A DNA stretch of 64,000 nt from Bacteroidales bacterium (GCA_050295515.1 JBNKPU010000012.1:25025-89024), one strand, 5' to 3'; positions 9,586 to 21,299 are shown, counted from the first letter of the stretch. Numbers and translations are program-made. The notes: generated by a model not told the origin, from the letters alone.

Positions 9586-11163
9586 TTAAGAGTATCTCTC
9601 AGCAACTTCTTTAGCTACTTCAATTAAAACATTTTCGACATCGGCGTCAATTTTCCCTTCTTTTATTTTGTCTAAAACTGCTTTATGTTTAAGGTCGATA
9701 AAATCCAGAAATTCCTTTTCAAAGTCTTTTACTTTCTCAACAGGAATATCTCCTAAAAGCCCCTTGGTACCACAGAAAATAATTGCAACTTGCTTTTCGA
9801 CAGATAATGGAGAGTATTGCCCTTGCTTAAGGATTTCCACGTTTTTGGAACCTTTATCCAAAACGGCCATTGTAGCGGCATCCAGGTCGGAACCAAATTT
9901 AGAAAATGCTTCCAGTTCCCTATACTGGGCCTGATCTAGTTTTAAGGTACCGGCAATCTTCTTCATTGATTTGATTTGTGCACTACCACCAACACGTGAA
10001 ACAGAAATACCTACGTTAATTGCAGGGCGGACACCGGCATTGAAAAGGTTTGATTCAAGAAAGATCTGACCATCTGTAATTGAAATAACATTGGTAGGGA
10101 TATATGCTGAAACATCACCTGCCTGAGTTTCGATTATAGGCAAAGCAGTTAATGATCCGCCTCCTTTTACAATTGGCTTCAAGCAATCTGGAAGGTCGTT
10201 CATGTTTGCTGCGATCTCATCATTGGAGATAATCTTTGCTGCACGTTCCAACAGGCGGGAGTGCAAATAGAAAACATCTCCGGGATAGGCTTCACGTCCT
10301 GGAGGACGACGAAGTAGCAAAGAAACCTCACGGTAGGAGACAGCCTGCTTAGACAGGTCATCAAATATGATCAGTGCAGGGCGTCCTGTATCACGGAAAT
10401 ATTCACCAATTGCTACACCTGCAAATGGTGCGTAGAACTGCAAAGCAGCAGGATCGGCAGCAGTTGCCGCAACAATCGTAGTATAACTCATTGCACCGTT
10501 GGCTTCAAGAGTCCTTGCAATATTTGCTACAGTAGAACCTTTTTGCCCGATGGCTACATAAATACAATATACTGTTTCACCTTTATCATAAAATTCCTTT
10601 TGATTGATTATAGTATCAATCGCAATTGCAGTTTTTCCTGTTTGGCGGTCACCGATTATTAGCTCACGTTGTCCCCTGCCTATTGGGATCATGGCATCAA
10701 TAGCTTTAATACCTGTTTGCAGGGGTTCACTAACAGGCTGACGGAATATAACACCTGGAGCTTTTCTTTCAAGCGGGAGTTCATACGTTTTGCCTGATAT
10801 AGGACCTTTACCGTCAAGAGGTTCTCCAATTGTATTTATGACACGTCCTAACAATCCTTCACCTACATGTATTGATGCAATTTGGTCTGTTCTTTTAACA
10901 GAATCACCTTCTTTAACTTTCTCAGACGAACCCAGGAGTACAGCACCAACGTTATCTTCTTCCAGGTTAAGCACAATACCTTTTACACCTGATTCAAATT
11001 CGATCATTTCATTGGAGCGCACATTCGAAAGGCCATGAATACGTGCAATACCATCTCCAATTTGCAGCACAGAGCCAATTTCTTCAAGTTGTAAATCAGT
11101 AGAAACTCCTTTTAGTTGTTCTTTAAGTATTTTCGATACTTCTGAAGGTTTTATTGTCGACAT
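9586..11163 (-). CDS. atpA: F0F1 ATP synthase subunit alpha
   Basis: Walker A GDRQTGKT. 525 aa with conserved alpha-subunit blocks throughout. Confidence 0.97.
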   Translation of the reverse strand: MSTIKPSEVSKILKEQLKGVSTDLQLEEIGSVLQIGDGIARIHGLSNVRSNEMIEFESGVKGIVLNLEEDNVGAVLLGSSEKVKEGDSVKRTDQIASIHVGEGLLGRVINTIGEPLDGKGPISGKTYELPLERKAPGVIFRQPVSEPLQTGIKAIDAMIPIGRGQRELIIGDRQTGKTAIAIDTIINQKEFYDKGETVYCIYVAIGQKGSTVANIARTLEANGAMSYTTIVAATAADPAALQFYAPFAGVAIGEYFRDTGRPALIIFDDLSKQAVSYREVSLLLRRPPGREAYPGDVFYLHSRLLERAAKIISNDEIAANMNDLPDCLKPIVKGGGSLTALPIIETQAGDVSAYIPTNVISITDGQIFLESNLFNAGVRPAINVGISVSRVGGSAQIKSMKKIAGTLKLDQAQYRELEAFSKFGSDLDAATMAVLDKGSKNVEILKQGQYSPLSVEKQVAIIFCGTKGLLGDIPVEKVKDFEKEFLDFIDLKHKAVLDKIKEGKIDADVENVLIEVAKEVAERYS

Positions 11164-11178
11164 TATATTATGCTGTTT

Positions 11179-11718
11179 TTACGAATTATTCAATTGAGTT
11201 CTTATTTTTTTAATCATTGAGGCAACACTGGCGTCAATCTGTTTGTCATCGATGCGTAATTTGAAACCACCTATAATTGATGAATCGACCAATTCTTTGA
11301 AGTCGATATCCAGTTTAAATTTCTTTTTAATGTTTTTCGAAACCTCTTCTGCATGACTTTTATCCATAGGGTGTGCAGTAATTAATACACCCTCCCTAAT
11401 TCCTTTTTCGCTTCTATAAAGTTGTTGGTAATAATAGCAAACCGAAGCTAAAAACTGATCACGTCTGTTTTTAACCAGGAGTAATAAAAAACGATAAGTA
11501 ATATCGTTTAATTTTCCTTTGAATACTTTCTCGATAGCAGAAACTTTTTCTGATTCTTTAAGTATCGGACTTTGAAGAAAGCTGCTGAATTCAGGAGATT
11601 CTTTAATAGAATCAAGCAGGGTTTGTACATCCTGGCTTACTTGTTCAGTTTGCTTTTCCTCTTCGCCGGTTTGATAGAGAGCCTTTGCGTATCTTGCTGT
11701 TATAATGCCTTCGTTCAT
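11179..11718 (-). CDS. atpH: F0F1 ATP synthase subunit delta (OSCP)
   Basis: 179 aa, located between atpF and atpA. N-terminal ARYAKALY and C-terminal GGFKLRIDDKQIDASV motifs. Confidence 0.85.
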   Translation of the reverse strand: MNEGIITARYAKALYQTGEEEKQTEQVSQDVQTLLDSIKESPEFSSFLQSPILKESEKVSAIEKVFKGKLNDITYRFLLLLVKNRRDQFLASVCYYYQQLYRSEKGIREGVLITAHPMDKSHAEEVSKNIKKKFKLDIDFKELVDSSIIGGFKLRIDDKQIDASVASMIKKIRTQLNNS

Positions 11719-11733
11719 TTTAAATGTCAGCCC

Positions 11734-12237
11734 TTAGTTTACTTTTATATTGTGAAGGTATTTATTAATGAGGTCTTTCCGTTCAGCAGTAACTTCCAGT
11801 TTCTCCTGAATAATTTTTTCCGCTATTAAAACAGATACGTCTGCTATTTGCTCTTTGATTTCTTTTATAGCAGCAGATTTTTCACTTTTAATTGCTTCGC
11901 GAGCTTTCGCGATAATTTTATCAGACTCTTCATTGGCTTTTTTCTTGGCTTCGTTGATGATATCATCTTTTAAAACCCGTGCTTCTTTGAGTATTTTGTC
12001 CCTTTCCAGTTTTGCTTCAGCCAAAATAATTTCATTGTCAGCCTTAAGTTTGACCATCTCATCCCGTGCTGTTTCAGCCGACTTTAATGCTTCATCAATA
12101 GAGTCTTCTCTAGCCTTAAGTGCATTTAAAATAGGTTTCCATGCATATTTCTTAAGAATAAAGAAGACTGTTAAAAATGAAATGGTCATCCATATTATCG
12201 TCCCCGTATGTGGTTGTAGAAGTTCCATACTATTCAA
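11734..12237 (-). CDS. atpF: F0F1 ATP synthase subunit b
   Basis: A single N-terminal TM followed by a long charged helix (KPILNALKAREDSIDEALKSAE...). Operon position fits. Confidence 0.85.
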   Translation of the reverse strand: MNSMELLQPHTGTIIWMTISFLTVFFILKKYAWKPILNALKAREDSIDEALKSAETARDEMVKLKADNEIILAEAKLERDKILKEARVLKDDIINEAKKKANEESDKIIAKAREAIKSEKSAAIKEIKEQIADVSVLIAEKIIQEKLEVTAERKDLINKYLHNIKVN

Positions 12238-12289
12238 ATTTTAAAAGAGGGAAGATAAGCCAACCGCTTATCCAAACCCTCAATCTTTT

Positions 12290-12559
<270 letters not shown>

Positions 12560-12571
12560 TTAATTTATTTA

Positions 12572-13753
12572 TTAATGATGTTCCTCAACAGCCATACCAA
12601 AATATAAAGCTGATAGGAAAGTAAATACATATGCTTGAATAAATGCCACCAATAGTTCAAGGAAAGTCATGAATATGATAAATCCTACTGAAACTGGAGT
12701 AATGCTAAATCCTTGAATGGTTCCCATTTCACCAAACAGGAATATCAACGACAAAAAACCTAAACCTATAATATGTCCTGCAGTTATATTGGCAAACAAT
12801 CGAACCATCAAAATAAAAGGTTTTGTAAATACACCGACTATTTCAACTATAGGTAATATAGGGAGTGGCGGGACTTTTAACCAAATAGGCACTCCTGGTG
12901 TATTTACAATGTGGCTCCAATATACCTTGGTGCCATTTATTGTAGTAATAATGAAGGTAATCAATGCCAAAATCATGGTAACTGCAATGTTTCCTGTGAC
13001 ATTTGCACCTCCTGGGAAAAATGGAACCAACCCTAGCATGTTATTTATCCAGATGAAAAAGAATACAGTCAGCAGATAAGGCATAAATTTTTCATATTTT
13101 TTCCCTATGGATGGTTTTGCAATATCATCACGTACAAATAGGATAATGGGTTCAATCCAGGATTGCAATCCTTTTGGAGCTGCATTTGGCGTCTTTTTAT
13201 AAGATTTTGCAATAGAAAGGAATATCCATAATAATATAAAGATACTCACAAAAAGGGAAACTATGTTTTTGGTTAAAGAAATATCGAAAGGGAGTGTTTT
13301 TGTCCCGTCTGGCAGGGTTTCAATGATCTTTCCTTTTACATCTTTTTCTCCTAACAACTCTCCTTTTTGACCAATATGGAAACCTTTGTATGATGAATGT
13401 CCATGTTCAAAGTTGGATGACCAAAATATATTCAAGCCAGTTCTTTTGCTGTAAATGATAACAGGTAGCGGTATGCTGAATTGTTTTTCACCCCAGTCTA
13501 TGATATGCCAATCATAGGAATCTTGAATATGTTCAAACATATATTCACCCGGATTAAATTTTTCGTGCTGGGAAGATTCTTCCGAATGGTGATTATATTG
13601 TTCATCCGCTTGATGTGAATCTAGTTCTTCAAGATGCTGTGGGGTTTGTTCCTGCCCGGAAGCGCTTAATGGACTTATGGTTAATGTAATACAGAATAAA
13701 AAGGCAAGTATCTTCAATCCTTTTCCTTTAATCATTTCGCTATTTATTGTCAA
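12572..13753 (-). CDS. atpB: F0F1 ATP synthase subunit a, with a ~170-aa N-terminal extension
   Basis: The C-terminal part carries the a-subunit signature (VRLFANITAGHII). The N-terminus has a signal-like TM and a His/Glu/Gln-rich stretch. Confidence 0.9.
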   Translation of the reverse strand: MTINSEMIKGKGLKILAFLFCITLTISPLSASGQEQTPQHLEELDSHQADEQYNHHSEESSQHEKFNPGEYMFEHIQDSYDWHIIDWGEKQFSIPLPVIIYSKRTGLNIFWSSNFEHGHSSYKGFHIGQKGELLGEKDVKGKIIETLPDGTKTLPFDISLTKNIVSLFVSIFILLWIFLSIAKSYKKTPNAAPKGLQSWIEPIILFVRDDIAKPSIGKKYEKFMPYLLTVFFFIWINNMLGLVPFFPGGANVTGNIAVTMILALITFIITTINGTKVYWSHIVNTPGVPIWLKVPPLPILPIVEIVGVFTKPFILMVRLFANITAGHIIGLGFLSLIFLFGEMGTIQGFSITPVSVGFIIFMTFLELLVAFIQAYVFTFLSALYFGMAVEEHH

Positions 13754-13800
13754 TTCATAATTAAGTTAGCAAAACTAATGAAAAATTCAATTTAGATCAC

Positions 13801-14181
13801 CTAATCTTTTAAATATTTCAGGGTATTTAGGAGCAGAAATACAGTATGACTAATATAAATTGCAAACAGGAATAGAGTAAAGTACAATCGGACAGATTTT
13901 TGACTTTCAAGCACGAAAAAAATAATAGCCAAAATGATATATGAGAAGAATTTGATTCCGAACAAGGCAGAAATCATTGTGTTGATATTCCGTCTGGAAT
14001 TTGGACTTATAGCAATGGCAAAAGCAATAAAATTGATCAGAAAAGCAAAAAAGGGGACTATATATATGAACAAGTATTGTTTTGAATCTACATATACATT
14101 GAAAATATAAGCCAAAATGCAACTTACTAGTGTGATTATGAGATTTTTGGCAAGAAATAATTTAAAAAAACTTTTTTTCAC
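13801..14181 (-). CDS. small 4-TM membrane protein of the atp operon (function unknown, possibly AtpI-like)
   Basis: 126 aa and very hydrophobic. Its GTG start overlaps the AtpZ stop (GTGA). It sits directly upstream of atpB. Confidence 0.45.
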   Translation of the reverse strand: MKKSFFKLFLAKNLIITLVSCILAYIFNVYVDSKQYLFIYIVPFFAFLINFIAFAIAISPNSRRNINTMISALFGIKFFSYIILAIIFFVLESQKSVRLYFTLFLFAIYISHTVFLLLNTLKYLKD

Positions 14182-14435
14182 TTCAGGTTTTTTTTAAAAA
14201 GGCCTCGTAGAGCAAAGTACAAAGCTAATCCTACCCCAATTAGGGCACCCAACACAGTAAACAATGGTTCTAACTTGAACTTTTCATCAAGTTTTATTCC
14301 TCCAAATACACCAGCAAGGATCAAAAACAGCATTTCAAATGCCAATCCTGAATACCTGGCAGCAGTATTTAAATTATTTTTTTGTTTCTGCTGTTTCTTT
14401 TTTAGAGAACTCAGGTTCTTTGGTTGCTCCGGCAT
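14178..14435 (-). CDS. AtpZ/AtpI family protein
   Basis: A Lys-rich N-terminus, then ARYSGLAFEMLFLILAGVFGGIKLDEKF and a second TM. This is the typical layout of the AtpZ/AtpI family preceding atp operons. ATG at 14435. Confidence 0.6.
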   Translation of the reverse strand: MPEQPKNLSSLKKKQQKQKNNLNTAARYSGLAFEMLFLILAGVFGGIKLDEKFKLEPLFTVLGALIGVGLALYFALRGLFKKNLK

Positions 14436-14778
14436 CACTAGTCATATTACATGAACCTGTAAATTTAGCTCCTGGATCAATAGCAAGCCTTTTTGCCAAT
14501 ATATCGCCTTTGATAAAAGAAGTGCTTTTTAAGGTCAGCAATTCCTGAACATGAATACGGCCTTCAACTTTGCCTTCGATGTCGGAATTTTTACAATAAA
14601 TCTCGCCATTGACGGTACCGCTTGTCCCAATTATCAGTTTACCACTGGTTTTCAGGTTTCCTTCGAGAGTACCCTCGAAACGGATATCATTGGATGATTC
14701 AATATTTCCTTTTATTCTTGTGCCTGCAACGATCATATTTACTGCATTGCTGGCTTCTGGTTCGTTATACTTTGCCAT
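14374..14778 (-). CDS. bactofilin (polymer-forming cytoskeletal protein)
   Basis: Beta-helical bactofilin repeats: IVAGTRIKGNIESSNDIRFEGTLEGNLKTSGKLIIGTSGTVNGEIYCKNSDIEGKVEGRIHVQELLTLKSTSFIKGDILAKRLAIDPGAKFTGSC. Confidence 0.85.
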   Translation of the reverse strand: MAKYNEPEASNAVNMIVAGTRIKGNIESSNDIRFEGTLEGNLKTSGKLIIGTSGTVNGEIYCKNSDIEGKVEGRIHVQELLTLKSTSFIKGDILAKRLAIDPGAKFTGSCNMTSDAGATKEPEFSKKETAETKK

Positions 14779-14814
14779 CAGAAATTTTTTTTGTTAGTAT
14801 GTTATGTTAAAAAG

Positions 14815-14822
14815 CAAAGATA
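14815..14822 (-). promoter_or_regulatory. -7 box TAtcTTTG upstream of the bactofilin/atp operon
   Basis: Plus-strand caaagata is tatctttg on the minus strand, 36 nt upstream of the ATG at 14778. A second copy lies at 14869..14876. Confidence 0.35.
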
Positions 14823-14888
14823 GAAAATAATGATTTACTCTCTACTATAGATATCAACGATTATAATGCAAAGATATTATGATTGAAT

Positions 14889-15887
14889 TTAAATGGGATC
14901 ATATGCCCACTTCAGGTAAATACATCCAAAAGTAAATCCTGCGCCAAAAGCTGTAAATATAAGGGTATCCCCTTTCTTTAATTTCTTCTCAAAATCCCAC
15001 AAACATAGTGGTATGGTTGCTGCTGTTGTATTGCCGTATCTTTCTATATTTACCATGACCTGGCTGCTTTCTATACCCATTCTTCTCCCTACAGCTTCAA
15101 TAATTCTTTTATTGGCCTGATGGGGAATCAGGTATGAAAGGTTCTCAGGAGCGACATTGTTTCTTTCCATAATTTCAACAGAAAGATCAGACATTTTTGA
15201 CACGGCAGCTTTAAAAACTACTTGTCCCTCCTGATATACAAAATGCTCTTCGTTATCGATTGTTTCATATGAAGGGGGACGGAGAGAACCTCCTGCTTTC
15301 ATATGTAGGTTTGGAATACCCGAACCATCATAGCCTAAAATTCTGTCAATAACACCCAAGTCTTCTTCTGTTGGTTCAATAAGTACTGCACCTGAACCAT
15401 CACCAAATAATGGACAAGTTGCCCGATCCTTGTAATTAACAATAGATGACATCATATCGGCACCAACCAAGATACATTTTTTATAGGCACCACTTTCAAT
15501 CATTCTACTGGCTGTTTCAAGCCCAAAAATAAATCCGCTGCATGCAGCATTTAGATCAAAGTTAAACGCATTTGTCAACCCGACTTTTGTCCCAATAATG
15601 TTTGACGTCGACGGAAAAGGCATGTCTCCGGTAATGGTTGAACAAATTAAAAGGTCTATCTCTTCAGGCGATGTGTTTGTTTTTTCCAACAGTTCATTGA
15701 TTGCCCGAACAGCCAAATCTGAAGTAGCTTTCCCTTTTTCTTTAAGGATCCTTCTTTCTTTTATACCAATACGCTGCATTATCCATTCATCGGATGTGTC
15801 GACCAATTGACTTAATTCATCATTGTCTAATTTGTAATCAGGGACATATCCTCCCACACCTGTAATGGCAGCTCTTATTTTACCCAT
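14889..15887 (-). CDS. fabH: beta-ketoacyl-ACP synthase III
   Basis: Active-site blocks NAACSGF, PHQANKRII and GNTTAATIP. 332 aa. Confidence 0.95.
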   Translation of the reverse strand: MGKIRAAITGVGGYVPDYKLDNDELSQLVDTSDEWIMQRIGIKERRILKEKGKATSDLAVRAINELLEKTNTSPEEIDLLICSTITGDMPFPSTSNIIGTKVGLTNAFNFDLNAACSGFIFGLETASRMIESGAYKKCILVGADMMSSIVNYKDRATCPLFGDGSGAVLIEPTEEDLGVIDRILGYDGSGIPNLHMKAGGSLRPPSYETIDNEEHFVYQEGQVVFKAAVSKMSDLSVEIMERNNVAPENLSYLIPHQANKRIIEAVGRRMGIESSQVMVNIERYGNTTAATIPLCLWDFEKKLKKGDTLIFTAFGAGFTFGCIYLKWAYDPI

Positions 15888-16825
15888 TATTCAAATGCTT
15901 GTTTGATATTTTCAGTAAGTTTTGCTTCAACAACGTTTGCTGTAAGCTGGATCATATTTTTAATGGCCTTATCGTTGGAAATTCCATGAGCAATAATCGC
16001 AGGGGCATTTATACCCAAAACAGGAGTTCCACCATAGTTGGTGAAATCCCATTTATCAAAAAATTCATCCTGAATTTTTCTTTTCTTGATGAGTTTATAG
16101 AATGCTTCAGCTTCTTTTAATATCGTGTTCCCAACAAAGCCATCGCACACAATGACATCTATATCATCACTAAACAAATCTGTGCCTTCAACATTACCAA
16201 CGAAATTGAAATCTTTGGTGCCCTTCATAGCCTGGTAAGTTGTTTTTGTCAACAGGTTGCCTTTTTCTTCTTCAGCACCAATATTGAAAAGTCCAACACG
16301 AGGTTTTTCGATATTATATACCAGTTCGGCATACATAGAACCTAAAATGGCGTACTGATAAAGTACATCAGGCTTGCAATCAGGATTTATTCCGGCATCA
16401 AGAACTAGAGTTGGTTTGTCAGAATCTTTTGGAATTGGGGCAGCTATACAAGGTCGAATAACCCCGGGGACAGATTTTACAATATGCATTGCTCCAACAA
16501 GCATTGCACCTGTATTTCCAGCGCTTCCAAAGCCATCAATCTTACCTGCATGTAAATATTTAAAGCCCAACACAATACTTGCGTTCGGCTTATCTTTAAA
16601 TGCTTTAGCAGGATATTCGTCCATACCAATACTTTCAGTGGTATGAACAATTTCAAAGACTTTTGGGTCAAAACCAGATTCGGTACAAATAGCCTCAATC
16701 TTACCTTGATCACCAAAAAGTACTAATCTTGCTTTGTCCTTTAACTCATTATATGCCAGAATAGCTCCTTTTACAGTAGCTTCTGGGGCAAAGTCCCCTC
16801 CAAGAATATCAACACCAATTCTCAT
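15887..16825 (-). CDS. plsX: phosphate acyltransferase PlsX
   Basis: MRIGVDILGGDFAPEATVKGA... with GFVGNTILK. Its stop overlaps the fabH ATG by 1 nt. Confidence 0.95.
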   Translation of the reverse strand: MRIGVDILGGDFAPEATVKGAILAYNELKDKARLVLFGDQGKIEAICTESGFDPKVFEIVHTTESIGMDEYPAKAFKDKPNASIVLGFKYLHAGKIDGFGSAGNTGAMLVGAMHIVKSVPGVIRPCIAAPIPKDSDKPTLVLDAGINPDCKPDVLYQYAILGSMYAELVYNIEKPRVGLFNIGAEEEKGNLLTKTTYQAMKGTKDFNFVGNVEGTDLFSDDIDVIVCDGFVGNTILKEAEAFYKLIKKRKIQDEFFDKWDFTNYGGTPVLGINAPAIIAHGISNDKAIKNMIQLTANVVEAKLTENIKQAFE

Positions 16826-16841
16826 CACTTAATCTGATTGA

Positions 16842-17027
16842 TTAAAGTGCTGATTCTTTCTCGATTGCTAATTTTCCTTTATAGTGGCCACATTCAGGAC
16901 ATACGCGGTGGAACTGTATTGTAGCGTTACAGTTTTGGCAAGTTGCCAATGTTGGTGAAGTTGCTTTGTAGTGAGTTCTTCTTTTGTCTCTTCTGGTTTT
17001 CGAAATTTTTCTCTTCGGATGTGCCAT
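16842..17027 (-). CDS. rpmF: 50S ribosomal protein L32
   Basis: MAHPKRKISKTRRDKRRTH plus a CxxC...CxxC zinc ribbon. 61 aa. Confidence 0.95.
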   Translation of the reverse strand: MAHPKRKISKTRRDKRRTHYKATSPTLATCQNCNATIQFHRVCPECGHYKGKLAIEKESAL

Positions 17028-17029
17028 TT

Positions 17030-17572
17030 TTATTCGCTTTTATTTCTGTCTTTCAATAAATCATTCAATTTCGACCATCTAGGATCGATTTCTTCATTTT
17101 TCTTTGAATAAGAATAAGTCTGCAAAATATTTAATATTTCCGGATTGCAAGTAGGTGTTCCAGATTCATCCTGAGGATGAAATTTTTGAATAGGTACGCT
17201 TAACCCGATGCAATCATAAAAATATTGCTGTAGATCAAGTATATCTGCATTTGGGGACAAAAATATTACTTCGTCATCAGGCTCGTCAAATTCCTCTTTA
17301 AATTTAACAAATAGCCTTCCATTGTATTTAATCGGAAAGTGAAAATACTCCAAACACCTATCGCATTGCAACTCCACTTTCCCAGTCAATTCAACATCCA
17401 ATTCTAAAAAATTACTTTTTTTTTGAACAACAACGTTGATTGAAATTTTTCCGGATGGAATCTCCAATGCTTCATTCTCTTCAAAGAACTCCTTATCTAA
17501 ATCAAATTCAAAATTGTGTTGTCCTTGCTTAAGCCCTTTAAATGGGATACTATACCGATTTCCAACTTTCAA
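17030..17572 (-). CDS. YceD/DUF177 family protein
   Basis: 180 aa with the CDRCLE motif, in the canonical position upstream of rpmF-plsX-fabH. Confidence 0.8.
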   Translation of the reverse strand: MKVGNRYSIPFKGLKQGQHNFEFDLDKEFFEENEALEIPSGKISINVVVQKKSNFLELDVELTGKVELQCDRCLEYFHFPIKYNGRLFVKFKEEFDEPDDEVIFLSPNADILDLQQYFYDCIGLSVPIQKFHPQDESGTPTCNPEILNILQTYSYSKKNEEIDPRWSKLNDLLKDRNKSE

Positions 17573-17594
17573 TTTTGTGCTTATTTAGGTCGTG

Positions 17595-17602
17595 CAAAAG
17601 TA
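17595..17602 (-). promoter_or_regulatory. -7 box TActTTTG upstream of yceD-rpmF-plsX-fabH
   Basis: Plus-strand caaaagta is tacttttg on the minus strand, 22 nt upstream of the ATG at 17572. Confidence 0.35.
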
Positions 17603-17678
17603 GAAATATTTATGAATATAAAAAAGAAAAAAATGTTTTTCGAAATGGAGATTGTAATACATTGACTATCAGCTATAT

Positions 17679-18062
17679 CTATTTTTCAGAAAAGTGACCT
17701 TCAATAACATCTATAAGTGTATCTATAAAATAATCATCTTTTACCACATATTTTTTAGCTCCGTATTTCAGAAACTCAGCAATAGTGTCTTTGCTTTTTT
17801 CACGGCTTAAAATAACAACCGGAGTCTTTTTGCCTGACTCACGAATCTTCTTTAAGGTGTCAAGTCCTGACAGAGAATTGTCTTCATGGCTGCCCATATA
17901 GTAATCAAGGACAATAATGTCTGGATCAAGGTTTAAATTGGAAATGCAATCCTCACCTGAAAAGTATGATTTTACCTCAAATCCCTCCCTACATTTAAAG
18001 GTGTACTCCATGAGGTTAAGCATCATTTTGTCATCATCAACAAAGAAAATCAGTTTGCTCAT
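17679..18062 (-). CDS. stand-alone response regulator receiver domain (CheY-like)
   Basis: 127 aa with an acidic pocket (FFVDDD), the phospho-acceptor context IIVLDYYM, and VVILS and KYVVK motifs. No output domain. Confidence 0.85.
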   Translation of the reverse strand: MSKLIFFVDDDKMMLNLMEYTFKCREGFEVKSYFSGEDCISNLNLDPDIIVLDYYMGSHEDNSLSGLDTLKKIRESGKKTPVVILSREKSKDTIAEFLKYGAKKYVVKDDYFIDTLIDVIEGHFSEK

Positions 18063-18322
18063 GTTAAATTGTTCGTAAGCAATTTTGCTCTTTCAAAATT
18101 GCGGAATGCAAAGTTAAAATCTTCGCATTGTATTCCAAGTTTTTTAGTTTATATCTGAACCATCTTTTATAAAGATACTTTTTTTGTTCTTTAAGTCAAT
18201 AAAAATATCTTCCTATTTATTTCTGTAAGACATTATTTATTAGACTTTATGTAGCTATAATTTGATCGTGCTAATTTTTTTTTGATTTTTTATTTGTAGA
18301 AAAAGAAATAACTTTAATGTAA

Positions 18323-19879
<1,557 letters not shown>

Positions 19880-19891
19880 AATAGGATTATA

Positions 19892-20131
19892 GTGAAGCTA
19901 GAAATACTTACACCAGAAAAAAAGTTGTTTAAGGGAGAGGTCAGATCTGTTTCCCTTCCGGGCAAAAAGGGATCTTTCATGATATTAGATAATCATGCAC
20001 CAATTGTTTCAACCTTGGCAAAGGGTACAATTACTGTGCTGACAAAGGATTACAAGGAAGAAAATATTAATGTTTTGGGTGGAGTAATTGAAGCCAATAG
20101 AAATAATATTATTGTATTGGCTGATGTATAA
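19892..20131 (+). CDS. atpC: F0F1 ATP synthase subunit epsilon, short form (beta-sandwich only)
   Basis: GTG start. 79 aa: LEILTPEKKLFKGEVRSVSLPGKKGSFMILDNHAPIVSTL. It lacks the C-terminal two-helix domain. Confidence 0.8.
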   Translation: MKLEILTPEKKLFKGEVRSVSLPGKKGSFMILDNHAPIVSTLAKGTITVLTKDYKEENINVLGGVIEANRNNIIVLADV

Positions 20132-20149
20132 GTAATTTCAACTATCGGA

Positions 20150-20875
20150 ATGAAAGTTTTTTTTGCATGTTTTATTGCTTTACTTTGTGTCATTGCATCT
20201 TCGCAAGAGGAAGTTTCATTCTATTCTACCGATAGCCTGAGAGTTACAGCTGACTTATATCTGAATGAGTTAAACAGTCCTTTTATTTTGTTGTTTCACC
20301 AGGCTGGATCCAGTAGAGGTGAATACCGCTCAATTGCACCAAAATTAAAAAACCTTGGATATAATTGCCTGGCTGTAGATTTAAGATCAGGAAGAAAATC
20401 AAACTATGTTAAAAATCTAACGGCAGAAAGAGCAAAAAAGGAAGGGTTTTCAACTAAGTATATCGACACCGAAAAGGATATTATTGCTGCCTTACAGTAT
20501 ATAAAAAAATTTAACAGCAAGTCTGTTATCCTTTTTGGCAGCAGCTATTCGGCATCTTTAGTACTCAAGCTGGCAACAGAAGAAAACAATATTAAAGCTA
20601 TTGTAGCGTTTAGTCCTGGAGAGTATTTTAAACCTGGGTTGGAAATTAAAAAGGCTATAAGCAACCTGGATATGCCTATCTTTCTTGCATCTACAGAATT
20701 GGAGCATAATTACATGAAAGATATGGTTTCAGAAATACCTGATAGAAATAAAACTTTTTATAAGCCGAATGGTATAAATGGAGTACATGGAGCAAAAGCT
20801 TTATGGGAAGATAGTCCGGGCAGTAAGGAATGTTGGTTTCAGCTTACATATTTTTTTGGCAAATTGGAAGACTAG
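20150..20875 (+). CDS. secreted alpha/beta hydrolase (dienelactone-hydrolase-like)
   Basis: Signal peptide, LLFHQAGSSRGEY, a nucleophile-elbow-like LFGSSYSASL, and a C-terminal His region (GVHGAK). Confidence 0.6.
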   Translation: MKVFFACFIALLCVIASSQEEVSFYSTDSLRVTADLYLNELNSPFILLFHQAGSSRGEYRSIAPKLKNLGYNCLAVDLRSGRKSNYVKNLTAERAKKEGFSTKYIDTEKDIIAALQYIKKFNSKSVILFGSSYSASLVLKLATEENNIKAIVAFSPGEYFKPGLEIKKAISNLDMPIFLASTELEHNYMKDMVSEIPDRNKTFYKPNGINGVHGAKALWEDSPGSKECWFQLTYFFGKLED

Positions 20876-20917
20876 AAATTTTTTGCTTTATTCGATAATT
20901 CTAAATTAATAAATGAA

Positions 20918-21289
20918 ATGAAGATTGAAGTTTCAAATGGTGAGATTGTTGATAAGCTTACAATTATTGAAATTAAGCTGGAACGAATAAAGGATAGATC
21001 TAAACTGACAAACCTTGAAAATGAGTTTAAGGTATTGGAAGAGGCCGTTTCCAAATTGATCTCAAAAGAAGATGAGTTGTATAAAGCCTTATATAATATA
21101 AACTGCAAATTATGGGATATTGAAGATAAAATTCGGGAGTTGGAAAGAAAAAGAGACTTTGGTCCTGAGTTTGTTGAAACAGCTCGATCTGTATATTTTA
21201 GTAATGATAAAAGGGCTGAGATAAAGAAAAAAATCAATTTAAAAACAGGCAGTTCACTTGTAGAAGAAAAATCGTACGAAGAATATTAA
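20918..21289 (+). CDS. small conserved hypothetical protein (resembles the DUF6165 family as I recall it)
   Basis: 123 aa: GEIVDKLTIIEIKLERI...NCKLWDIEDKIRELE...ARSVYFSNDKRAEIKKKIN...SLVEEKSYEEY. Family assignment is from memory only. Confidence 0.4.
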   Translation: MKIEVSNGEIVDKLTIIEIKLERIKDRSKLTNLENEFKVLEEAVSKLISKEDELYKALYNINCKLWDIEDKIRELERKRDFGPEFVETARSVYFSNDKRAEIKKKINLKTGSSLVEEKSYEEY

Positions 21290-21299
21290 TCCTTTAACT

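Noticed and set aside
11855-12244. Long antisense ORFs opposite real genes: 7887..8300, 11855..12244, 12717..13079, 20872..21237, 44331..44792, 50320..50733, 51305..51685, 56188..56655, 58865..59311
   Set aside because: Each lies fully inside a confidently identified gene on the other strand. Each has the Ser/Leu/Ile-rich low-complexity composition expected from reading Lys/Glu-rich or hydrophobic genes backwards. None has a recognisable motif.
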